A stretch of DNA of 64,000 nt, from positions 8,960 to 72,959 of the forward strand of contig JAFGGA010000136.1 of assembly GCA_016930835.1 (NCBI GenBank). Reading direction: 5' to 3'. Positions 36,604 to 45,374 of the stretch are shown here, piece by piece. The notes beneath the pieces were generated by a model. It was not told the origin of the DNA. It made no database searches and saw only the letters and a program-made list of their open reading frames with translations. Made by a program: the position numbers and the translations under genes. The stretch is from Deltaproteobacteria bacterium. GTDB lineage: Bacteria > Desulfobacterota > DSM-4660 > Desulfatiglandales > HGW-15. Numbering within the stretch: the first letter of the stretch is position 1; the number at the start of each line of letters is the position of its first letter.

Positions 36604-36877
36604 GGTAAACGCTTCCTTTTTAAATAATTTTAATGAGGTGCGAGTATAAAAAAAGAGGGACTATGTGTCAACCTTGAAATAAAAAAATGGCCGTATAACA
36701 AAATCAATCGATAAAAACATTAGAAACGGGAACAGCGATAAGCTTGCAATATCAAGATGTTATCAAATGGCAGCCATTATGTTTAGCGGCCAAATAAAAA
36801 AATGCCTTGACAAAATAGATTAAAAATTTAATTAAAAATGTAATTTAAAAAACAATTTTTAATTTTGATACGGGGAT

Positions 36878-37579
36878 ATGGCAAAAAACAAAACCGACAA
36901 TGGGGCAAACCAACATATCGATCATAGCCAGAAGGCCTACACAGGCCTTCGTCGTATGCTGTATTATAAGGATCTTGTCCCCGGACAAAAGATCGCCTAT
37001 CGGGAACTGGCTGAGCGCCTAAACATGAGCTTTACACCTATTATCCAGGCACTTAAGTGGCTGGAAATGGAGGGCTTTGTTAGTCATGAGCCCAATCGGG
37101 GTTATTACATGACCCCTTTTAGCCTTGACGAGATTGAGGAGATCTATCAGTTGCGTCAACTTCTGGAACCTTCACTCCTGCCCGAAACCATAGCAAATCT
37201 GGATAAAGCCAAGATCAAAATATTAAAAAAATCCTTGGATGCCCATTTGTCGGCGGGGCGAGAGTCATTTCTAAAAGAAAGACTCTTTAAAAACACGGAA
37301 TTTCATCTAACTCTGGCATCGCTGTCCGGAAGGAAGACTCAACTGCGTGTTCTTCAAACGATTTTTGATCTTCTGCTCTTGAAATACGGCGGCAACTACC
37401 TGCCCATCCAATCCATGGAAACATCGGATCAAGAACATCAGATGATCTTTGATTGCATGGTCTCAGGAGACGTCAAAGGGGCCAAGGCGGCGCTCTTAAA
37501 ACATATCAGCAATGTAAAAAAACAGGTACTGAAGAATTTAAAGCGTATACTGGAAGAGAGGGAAGTACCGATTTATTAA
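36878..37579 (+). CDS. GntR-family transcriptional regulator (FadR/FCD type)
   Basis: 233 aa. N-terminal wHTH (GQKIAYRELAERLNMSFTPIIQALKWLEMEGFV) and C-terminal all-helical FCD-like domain. Confidence 0.88.
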   Translation: MAKNKTDNGANQHIDHSQKAYTGLRRMLYYKDLVPGQKIAYRELAERLNMSFTPIIQALKWLEMEGFVSHEPNRGYYMTPFSLDEIEEIYQLRQLLEPSLLPETIANLDKAKIKILKKSLDAHLSAGRESFLKERLFKNTEFHLTLASLSGRKTQLRVLQTIFDLLLLKYGGNYLPIQSMETSDQEHQMIFDCMVSGDVKGAKAALLKHISNVKKQVLKNLKRILEEREVPIY

Positions 37580-37616
37580 TAAGGATTATCAATGGTGTCC
37601 GGTTAGGATTTTGTGC

Positions 37617-37680
37617 TAATGGTGGATTGCTTGGTCCATGGGGATCTCTTGTCAAAGGCGAATCCCAGCCTACTTTTTCC
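37617..37680 (+). repeat. Dispersed repeat family, degenerate copy 5
   Basis: TTGGTCCATGGGGATCTCTTGTCAAAGGCGAATCCCAGCC aligns to the core TGGGGGCACGGGGATCTCTTTTCCAGTTCACCACCCAAAAGCC. Confidence 0.55.
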
Positions 37681-37753
37681 TAACGGATTGGGAAATAATC
37701 AAAAAACAATTCTTAATTAACTGTTTAAAATCACAATATAAGGAGGAGACTAA

Positions 37754-39190
37754 ATGGCTATCAAAACGGCTGAACAATATTATGAATCTTTAAAGGAGCT
37801 TAAACCGACAGCATACATTCTTGGAGAAAAATTTGATAATCCGACGGAACATCCGCTTTTAAAGCATATGGCCGCTGCTGTTGCAAAAACATACGAACTG
37901 GAGAATGATCCGGAAGGGAAAAAGCTGCTTACCACCAAATCCAATCTAATTGATGAAGATGTTTGCAGGTTTCTGAGTTTCTATAACAGTCCTGAAGATT
38001 TAATGACTAAAGTGCATATGTTAAAATTTTTATCGCAGAATATCGGCGGGTGTTATATGAGATGCACAGGCATGGACGCTATCAACGCAGTCGGAATCGA
38101 AGCATATAACTGCGACCAGAAGCACGGTACCGAATACTGGCCGAGATTGCAGGAATTTGTTAAATTGATGCAGAGGAATGATTTTGTTGTCTTCAGCGGA
38201 GTGACAGATGTAAAGGGAGATAGGATTTTAAGGCCGTCTCAACAGAAAGATCCCGACATGTATCTTCATATAGTTGACAAAAACAAAGATGGCATTATTG
38301 TTCGTGGAGCTAAGATCCACCAGACAGGTTCTATGTGCGCACATTGGGCACTTGTAGTACCTACAAGGAATATGCAGGAGGACGATAAAGATTACGCTGT
38401 CTGCTTTGCAGTTCCAAATGATGCTGAAGGAGTGATCCATGTTTACGGAAGAGGCACTCTGGAAGCCCAGCCGCTGCAGGGCTGTGACCTTGGAAATGCG
38501 GAATTCAGCAAGGCTTCACCTATGGTTATTTTTAATGATGTATTTGTGCCATGGGACAAAGTTTTTCTTTGCGGTGAGTATGAATATGCAGGCCCTATGG
38601 TTATTAATTTCGGCAATTTCCACCGTCATTCTCATGGTGGATGCAAATGCGGAGTCGGCGATATTTACATCGGCGCTGCTGCCGCTGCGGCCGAATACAG
38701 CGGCTTGTCCAAAGTATCACACATAAAAACCAAATACGCGGAAATGCTGAAAGTCACTAAAGCCATCTATGGCTGTTCAATAGCCGCTTCTATAGAATCA
38801 ACCAAAACGCCGTCCGGAATTTATTCTGTTGATCCCGTGCTTTCCAATACCTCGAAACTTTATGAAGGAAAAGAACTGGCCGAGGTAATCAGGATGATGA
38901 TAGAGATAGCCGGCGGTATGACTACTGACCTTCCGTCAGACAAGGATTTTGAAAACCCGGAAATCGGTCCTATGCTTAAAAAATACCTGAAGGGAGTTGA
39001 AGGTGTTGACACAATGGACAGGATTAAGATTTTCAGGCTTATTGAAAAATTGGCTTTTGAAAGCCGCGATATAGTTTCAAATATTCACGGTGCGGGATCG
39101 CCGGAAACCCACCGCATGACAATTTTGAGAAATTATGACCTGAATTCGGCAAAACAAATGGCTAAAAAACTTGCCGGAATTGATAATTGA
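37754..39190 (+). CDS. abfD: 4-hydroxybutyryl-CoA dehydratase / vinylacetyl-CoA isomerase
   Basis: 478 aa, collinear with Clostridium aminobutyricum AbfD. [4Fe-4S] ligand contexts GGCYMRCTGMD and HRHSHGGCKCGVGD. AAGGAGGAG SD. Confidence 0.9.
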   Translation: MAIKTAEQYYESLKELKPTAYILGEKFDNPTEHPLLKHMAAAVAKTYELENDPEGKKLLTTKSNLIDEDVCRFLSFYNSPEDLMTKVHMLKFLSQNIGGCYMRCTGMDAINAVGIEAYNCDQKHGTEYWPRLQEFVKLMQRNDFVVFSGVTDVKGDRILRPSQQKDPDMYLHIVDKNKDGIIVRGAKIHQTGSMCAHWALVVPTRNMQEDDKDYAVCFAVPNDAEGVIHVYGRGTLEAQPLQGCDLGNAEFSKASPMVIFNDVFVPWDKVFLCGEYEYAGPMVINFGNFHRHSHGGCKCGVGDIYIGAAAAAAEYSGLSKVSHIKTKYAEMLKVTKAIYGCSIAASIESTKTPSGIYSVDPVLSNTSKLYEGKELAEVIRMMIEIAGGMTTDLPSDKDFENPEIGPMLKKYLKGVEGVDTMDRIKIFRLIEKLAFESRDIVSNIHGAGSPETHRMTILRNYDLNSAKQMAKKLAGIDN

Positions 39191-39405
39191 TAAAATAGGT
39201 TGGAGGGCATCCTTTTTTATATCCTTTTATTCTTCAGCCAAGACGATGAACGTAAAGCAATTGGTAAAATTTTTAAAATGGCATTTTATGCGTAAGATAA
39301 TCAGTAATAAAGGTTGATTTATGAGCAATTTTTTATTACATGGAAACGATATTGTTTAAATGTATTCATATTAGATAACCTTATACGCTTGATGTGGAGA
39401 ATAAA

Positions 39406-39766
39406 ATGGATATTAAAAACTACAATATCTATCTGCGTAACCTTGTTTTGTTTTTAGCGATATCTACTATTTTTACTATCTTCCTAAAAGTAATGGGTTG
39501 TTCAAAAAAAGATTGACGTTACGAATCCTAATAATTTTTCACTAATTGAAGGCGTTTTTGCTCATAAGATTAAAAAATTTATTATGATTGAAACTTCAGA
39601 CAGTCAAAAATACTGGTTCAAGTTCGGTACAAATACCACTTTTATACCAAAGGAATGGCCACCTATTGAGAATCGAGTAAAAGTCCGATATCTTAATGAG
39701 CCTATTGTTGATAACGATCTCGGGAAATATTTTATTGCTTACGAAGTTAGAAATTTGGACACATAG
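39406..39766 (+). pseudogene. Small lipoprotein gene split by a frameshift at an A7 tract
   Basis: 39406-39516 encodes MDIKNYNIYLRNLVLFLAISTIFTIFLKVMGCSKKD-stop (signal peptide plus Cys). The +1 frame is open from 39515 to 39766 (DVTNPNNF...YEVRNLDT) and contains track ORF 39584..39766. The junction is AAAAAAA at 39504-39510. Confidence 0.5.
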
Positions 39767-39978
39767 ACATATTTGAATTAAAAACCTTGCTAAGATGTTG
39801 TAGAGTCCGATACCGGAAATTAAAGACGGTGGGTTGGAAGTTAAGCACTCTGCTCTGGCTATCCTTATTTTTTACGAGGCTGTATAATACGAGAGCAGCA
39901 TGAGACGCAAAGCATAAAGATACAAAACTCACGAATAGAAAAGATTCTGATTAAAAAATCATAGGCCTTGCGCCTTGA

Positions 39979-41499
39979 TTATTCCGTTGGCAGCCCTTTT
40001 GCCTTATCGAGGTTTTTCACTCCTTGAAAATTTTTAATCAACTTGATATTGACTCCTGAAAAATCAGCGCCTTTCACGTCGGCTCCGCTCAAATCAGCGT
40101 CATTCAACAATGCGTTCACCAGGATGGTGTCTCTGAGGTCGGCGCGGCGCAGATCGGCGCCGCGTAGATCGGCATCAGCCATGTTTGCCTCGGAGAGGTC
40201 ACACATTTTAAGATCTGCGCCAGCTAATTCGGCATGGGTCAGGTTAGCCTTGCTGAGATTCGTTTCAGCCAACAAGGCCTTACCCATTTTCAGGCCGCTT
40301 AAATTGAAACCCCGTAGATCAGCCTTTTGAAGCCGGACACCGCTAAGTATAGCATTTTGTAGTTTGATATTTTTTAGAATGGTGCGATCGAAAATCGCAT
40401 TGGTCAAGTCCGCATTGGACAGGTCCGCGTTTTCCAGATTGGCCAGCGTCAAATCCACATTTTGCATTTTTGCCCCGTTCAGGGAGGCCGCCCTTAAATC
40501 CGCTTTATTCAGGATGGCCATGGCCATGGTCGTGCGACTGAGATCCGTGTAACGAAAGTCGACACCGCTCAGATTGGTTTTGCCCAAATCAACATCATCA
40601 AAGATTGAATGGACTGCGACCGCATATCTCAAATCCGCCCCGCTCATGTCCGAATGGGAAATACATGCATTATTGATGTTTGCGCTGATCAGGATTGCGT
40701 CGCTCATACCCACCCTATTTATATAAATGCCATTCAAATATGCCCCGTTAAGATCCGCTGAATCCATTCTTGAAGACTCTATAACCGCATAATTCAGATT
40801 GACTTTGGCAAGAATGGCGTGCTTGGTCCGCGTACCCCGCATCACAACACCCTCCATCCGCGCGCCACTCAGGTTGGCCCCACTCAAATCGGCACCTTCC
40901 ATCTGTACATCCAATAAGTAAGCCCCATGCATGTTGGCATTTTTAAGGTCAGTGGCGTTCAAATTACTTTGGATAAAAGAGAAACTTAGATTGGCGCCTT
41001 TCAGATTCGCCCGATTCAGATTCGTATGGCGGATGACTCCGTAACGAATTGTAGAATCCGCCAAATTCGCATCCATCATATTATTGGATATCATGATGAT
41101 ACACGTTAAACAGGCGCCGCGCAAATCCACCTTGGGCAAGTCGGTGTCGAATATCTTTGCACCGGTCAAGTTTGCATGATTCAGCCTTGCTTCGCCCATA
41201 TTTGAAGACGTAATAATTGAATCCGTCAAATTCGCATGATTGAGCCTTATCCGGGACAGGTCGATCACCTTTAAAAAAACCTTGGCCAGGTCGAACCCGG
41301 ACAAATCCAATCGACTCATATCCATATGTTGAAAACGTCGATCGCTCTCAAGAATGCCTTTGATTTCCTCTGGCGTTAACTTGGGTTGAACGGTTTCGGA
41401 GGCCGAAGATACAAGAGGATAAAGCGAAAACATGATAAAGATGAGATAGGACATGGGTCGATGAAACCTTGTGAAGATTTTCATGGTCATTTTCTCCAT
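39979..41499 (-). CDS. Secreted pentapeptide-repeat protein
   Basis: 506 aa. N-terminal signal peptide, then about 400 aa of uninterrupted A(D/N)LxG-type pentapeptide repeats. Confidence 0.92.
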   Translation of the reverse strand: MEKMTMKIFTRFHRPMSYLIFIMFSLYPLVSSASETVQPKLTPEEIKGILESDRRFQHMDMSRLDLSGFDLAKVFLKVIDLSRIRLNHANLTDSIITSSNMGEARLNHANLTGAKIFDTDLPKVDLRGACLTCIIMISNNMMDANLADSTIRYGVIRHTNLNRANLKGANLSFSFIQSNLNATDLKNANMHGAYLLDVQMEGADLSGANLSGARMEGVVMRGTRTKHAILAKVNLNYAVIESSRMDSADLNGAYLNGIYINRVGMSDAILISANINNACISHSDMSGADLRYAVAVHSIFDDVDLGKTNLSGVDFRYTDLSRTTMAMAILNKADLRAASLNGAKMQNVDLTLANLENADLSNADLTNAIFDRTILKNIKLQNAILSGVRLQKADLRGFNLSGLKMGKALLAETNLSKANLTHAELAGADLKMCDLSEANMADADLRGADLRRADLRDTILVNALLNDADLSGADVKGADFSGVNIKLIKNFQGVKNLDKAKGLPTE

Positions 41500-41546
41500 A
41501 GGGATATTTTTCGGGCTTTTGAGTGGTTCAGGATGAACGGGGTCAT

Positions 41547-42008
41547 TTACTTCGGGCCGAATAATTCAAAATCATCCTGCCCTTTTTTATCTTCCTTATT
41601 GGGCTTCGGAGCAGGGGCAGGTTTTTCCGTTGATTTCCGAAGTTTTATAGAAGGCCGTGGTGATGGTTTTGTTTTTTGATTGTAGGAGGACATAAAGGAT
41701 TCAGGAAGGGGTTTTGTATTTTTCAGCAGATGGCCGGGTATATAAATAATATTCCCCTTCAGGAGGTTATCTTGATTGATTTGGGGATTGGCATCCACCA
41801 GGCAAGACCAATTCTCAGCATCATGGGTATACCATTCGGCTATGATCTTTAAGGTCTCACCTGGCCATTTGACGATATGTTCGAAATGATTCTCCTGAGG
41901 AACAGCCGGTTTCCAGACATTGTGTTTTCCGCTTACGAATGGACATCCGGCATTGAACAGGATCATGGACCCCATAATGAAAACAGCAAAAATCATTTTT
42001 TTGATCAT
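41547..42008 (-). CDS. Secreted LysM-like domain protein
   Basis: 153 aa. Signal peptide, LysM-like HIVKWPGETLKIIAEWYT...NLLKGNIIYIPG, Pro/Lys-rich tail. Confidence 0.7.
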   Translation of the reverse strand: MIKKMIFAVFIMGSMILFNAGCPFVSGKHNVWKPAVPQENHFEHIVKWPGETLKIIAEWYTHDAENWSCLVDANPQINQDNLLKGNIIYIPGHLLKNTKPLPESFMSSYNQKTKPSPRPSIKLRKSTEKPAPAPKPNKEDKKGQDDFELFGPK

Positions 42009-42052
42009 AATGCCTATCCTTTGGGATCCCCTATTCCTTTTTGTTCCCGGAA

Positions 42053-42150
42053 CCAGGCCTGTTTAAAAACGGTTTTTGGGGGCACGGGGATCTCTTTTCC
42101 AGTTCACCACCCAAAAGCCGAATCTCATCTGTTTTGAACACCGATGTCCC
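42053..42150 (+). repeat. Dispersed repeat family, copy 3
   Basis: GGCCTGTTTAAAAACGGTTTTTGGGGGCACGGGGATCTCTTTTCCAGTTCACCACCCAAAAGCCGAATCTCATCTGTTTTGAACACCGATG. The 3' part overlaps the last codons of the kinase gene on the opposite strand. Confidence 0.85.
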
Positions 42151-44026
42151 TGAACAATCGTTTCGCATGTTCGTTGTCGGGATTAATGCTAATCGCTCGT
42201 TCCAGATGATTTATGCACGCTTGGTGTTTGCCTAGCTTCCTCTGTACCAGTGCCAGGTTATAAAGGGCTTCATCAAGGAATTGGGGGGACAGTTCAACCG
42301 CACGACCGAACATGGCCTCGGCATGGATGTATTCTTTTTTGCTGGCATAGATGTAACCGAGATTAAAATAAGCGCCGGGCATCTGGGGATCCAATTCGAG
42401 GGCTGTTTGGTAAGAAGCAATGGCGCTCGTGTAATCCTTTTGTCGTGTATAAATACGACCCAGGTGAAAATGGCCTTGAGGGTTTCCGGGGACGAGCTTG
42501 ACGGCCTTGAGCAATAAAGCCTTGGCCTTTTCAGGATCGGAACCGAACAGTGTTACCGCCTGCCCGACCAAGGCATTGGAATACAGGACATAGACCCTAT
42601 CCTCAACGGATGGTCCTGTCATTAGTATATCCTCGAATATTACGGCCGCCTCGATATATCTTTCTTCTTTTAACAACCGGATACCCTCCTTCATTGCAGG
42701 TGAATCATGAACGGGGGATGGATCTTGTATCGGTTTAAAAGTACTATAGGATTCATTCACACCGGATATTTCATCATGATTCTTTTGAACGGTTGGATCG
42801 GTATCTTGCTTATGAGAAAGTTTTTTCTGCCAAAACAGAAAAGCGGCGTTTTGCTGGAGCTTGTCAACCAGGATGGATGGGTCATTGGAGTAGATGAGGG
42901 TCGCACTCGTTCCTCCTATTAAAAGAACCAGCACAAGGGCTGCATACGGAAACAGGCGCTTTTTTTTCTTCAACGGTTCGATCGTTTCCGTCAAAAGCAA
43001 GGTCTTTTCCAATCGGGTCGATCTTGTTTCGTCCTGTCCTGTTACAGCCGATAAATCAAAATCTTCGGCTTCTTCCATGACGTGAACGTCGGATTCGGCT
43101 TCCTTTTTGAATAGCTCATTCATGTATTGTGAAAGCCCTCGAAATGATGAGCTGAATGAGAGTTGCTGTATGCATACTTCCAGATCCGCGAGCATCTCTT
43201 CTGCGGATTGATATCGCTGTTCACGGTCTTTTTTAAGGGCTTTTTCTAGAATCCGGTAAACCTGCATGGGAAGATCACTCTTTACAACCTCCGGCGGGGT
43301 ATAATCGGCTTCACGAACCTTAGCAAACACTTGAAAGGCATCTCCTTCGAACATCTTCTTTCGGGTTGCCATTTCATATAAAAGAATACCCATGGCAAAA
43401 AGATCCGAACGGTGATCAATGACCTTTCCCTGGGCCTGTTCGGGTGACATGTAGGCGACTTTCCCTTTGATGGAACCTTCCTGGGTGGTTGTATCCTGAA
43501 TGGCGGCCTTTGCTATGCCGAAATCGATGATCTTCACCTGTCCGTCATACGTCACAAAGACATTCTGGGGACCAATATCCCTGTGAATAATATTCAGCGG
43601 TCTGCCTTGAAAATCCTTGAGTTTATGGGCATACGCCAGCCCGGCACAGACCTGCGTGGCGATATAAAGGACCATCTCAAGACTCAGGGGAGCCTTTTTT
43701 TCTTTGGCTCTTTTGATAACCAGTTTGAGGTCTTTTCCATAGAGGTACTCCATGGCGATGTAATAGGCGCCATCCACACTCCCGAAATCATAAATCTGGA
43801 CAATGTTTTGATGTTGCAAATAGGCGGCAAGTTTGGCTTCCTCGATAAATGATTTGATCAGGTTTTCTTCTTCGGCAAGGTGAGGGAGGATCATCTTGAT
43901 GGCAATCAGCTTCTCAAAGCCTTCCGCCCCAATCAGCTTGGCACGATAAAGCTCGGCCATACCGCCATGGGCAAGACGTCCTAAAAGGAGATATTTTCCA
44001 AATCGTCTTGGTTCAAATTCGGACAT
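42125..44026 (-). CDS. Ser/Thr protein kinase with TM helix and C-terminal TPR domain
   Basis: 633 aa. GGMAELY, AIKMILPHLAE, HRDIGPQN, DFGIAK, SPEQ. TM around aa 355-375. About 5 TPR motifs. Confidence 0.92.
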   Translation of the reverse strand: MSEFEPRRFGKYLLLGRLAHGGMAELYRAKLIGAEGFEKLIAIKMILPHLAEEENLIKSFIEEAKLAAYLQHQNIVQIYDFGSVDGAYYIAMEYLYGKDLKLVIKRAKEKKAPLSLEMVLYIATQVCAGLAYAHKLKDFQGRPLNIIHRDIGPQNVFVTYDGQVKIIDFGIAKAAIQDTTTQEGSIKGKVAYMSPEQAQGKVIDHRSDLFAMGILLYEMATRKKMFEGDAFQVFAKVREADYTPPEVVKSDLPMQVYRILEKALKKDREQRYQSAEEMLADLEVCIQQLSFSSSFRGLSQYMNELFKKEAESDVHVMEEAEDFDLSAVTGQDETRSTRLEKTLLLTETIEPLKKKKRLFPYAALVLVLLIGGTSATLIYSNDPSILVDKLQQNAAFLFWQKKLSHKQDTDPTVQKNHDEISGVNESYSTFKPIQDPSPVHDSPAMKEGIRLLKEERYIEAAVIFEDILMTGPSVEDRVYVLYSNALVGQAVTLFGSDPEKAKALLLKAVKLVPGNPQGHFHLGRIYTRQKDYTSAIASYQTALELDPQMPGAYFNLGYIYASKKEYIHAEAMFGRAVELSPQFLDEALYNLALVQRKLGKHQACINHLERAISINPDNEHAKRLFRDIGVQNR

Positions 44027-44181
44027 TCAGACAGCCTTCTGTTCTTTAATGCCTTTTTGTCGACTATTTGCTGAATTGAACGATACTTCAGGGAGGTTCC
44101 GCAAGGGGACCCAAAAAAATGTCGGAAGGTCTCCTTGAACATACCTCACCGCGGTCGAAAAGAATCGCTCGATTTAGGTCT

Positions 44182-44607
44182 TTATAAATTCTTTAAATAG
44201 GTGCTTATGATCCTGTTGACGTTCTCATCCATATCGATAAAACGCACGCCAGCTCCTGAATAATTGGCAGCAGGGTCTTTGTAATTATCAATCACCTCTC
44301 CCTTGACGGGGATCTTTTCCGGACCCAGTTCCAACTCAAGATGAACCACCGTCCCAATCGGGAACGGCAGTCTTTTTTCAATAAAAAAGCCGTTCGTGCT
44401 GAGATTTTTCAATAAATGGAAGGAGGTTGAGTTTCCTGAGCGCTCCACAGCCCAGATTTGAATGTCGGACCGGGGGGATTTCCTTCTTTCCTCTTGAATG
44501 TGTTTATCATTGTCTTTCATGGCCATTACAATCCTTTTCTTTGCCTTCTCATTCCACGCGAAATCCGTCCGCCTCATACCGTAGTAGACATTTTCAGATA
44601 AACACAC
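44182..44607 (-). CDS. PilZ-domain protein (c-di-GMP receptor type)
   Basis: RRKSPR (RxxxR) followed by NLSTNGFF (D/NxSxxG). A start at M28 (44526) is possible. Confidence 0.8.
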   Translation of the reverse strand: MCLSENVYYGMRRTDFAWNEKAKKRIVMAMKDNDKHIQEERRKSPRSDIQIWAVERSGNSTSFHLLKNLSTNGFFIEKRLPFPIGTVVHLELELGPEKIPVKGEVIDNYKDPAANYSGAGVRFIDMDENVNRIISTYLKNL

Positions 44608-44652
44608 ATCATTGTTACGTATTGTTATTGAAAATAGAGAGATGTGTCAAGA

Positions 44653-44859
44653 TCAATTGAATGGCCTTAACGTCAGAACAACGCCCTTCCCTTCAATATT
44701 CCGGAAAGAAGCGTGCAAAATATATCGAAGGTGTGTTCGGCAAACGACACCTTTTCCATGTCTAACCATTCGCCATACATCCAGGAAAAGATCTTTAAAA
44801 TACTGGAAGAGTATGACCTTGCCGATGTCATGTAGAAGCCCCCCAATCAAAAAACTCAT
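44653..44859 (-). pseudogene. HDOD/HD-domain fragment
   Basis: The 68-aa ORF begins SFLIGGLLHDIGKVILFQYF (HD-type signature) then degenerates. There is no N- or C-terminal remainder. Abuts repeat copy 4. Confidence 0.45.
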
Positions 44860-44869
44860 CCGGTAAATG

Positions 44870-44950
44870 ATCCTTAAAAGTCACGCTTGTCTAAAAACGG
44901 TTTTCGGGGGTATGGGGATCTCTTTTCAAGTTCACACCCAAAAGCCTTTG
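44870..44950 (+). repeat. Dispersed repeat family, copy 4
   Basis: ATCCTTAAAAGTCACGCTTGTCTAAAAACGGTTTTCGGGGGTATGGGGATCTCTTTTCAAGTTCACACCCAAAAGCC, with a 1-nt deletion relative to copies 2 and 3. Confidence 0.85.
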
Positions 44951-45228
44951 CGGTTATTTGAAAAAGGGCAAAAAGACTCATGGCACGATGATACGTACAC
45001 AACAAATAGGCCAGGATTTTTTAGAACCTAGTGGTATCTTTTAGCGGCTATTTTTGTTCATTGATTTGATTTGTTTTTCATCATGTTCTGCCTGCATTGC
45101 GGGTTCGGATTGTTTAAGGGTTTCCCGGAAATGCCACAATGTTGACGACCAATACGTAACCACGTATGGAAAGGCAACCTGACCGGTATGAATAAACTAT
45201 CTGGGTATTTGGATATCCCTGTTTATCC

Positions 45229-45257
45229 TTGACATCATTTATCCCTCCTCATATATT
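45229..45257 (+). promoter_or_regulatory. Sigma-70-type promoter candidate upstream of the hdrC-like gene
   Basis: TTGACA (45229-45234), 17-nt spacer, TATATT (45252-45257). Confidence 0.4.
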
Positions 45258-45374
45258 TTTGAAGTTTCACGGGGTTGTGAAGTATTCAGGAGAGGGGCCG
45301 GTCGGATCGGATACGATTAAATCTTTCATTTTTCACACTTTTTTGCCTTTTTATAGAATTATCTGTCAGTTAAG

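Noticed and set aside
36800-36877. AT-rich imperfect inverted repeats (ATTAAAAATT ... AATTTTTAAT) between the sucC-like and gntR genes as a GntR operator.
   Set aside because: The region is almost pure A/T, so such repeats are expected by chance. No (T)GT-N-AC(A) FadR-type core could be placed convincingly.
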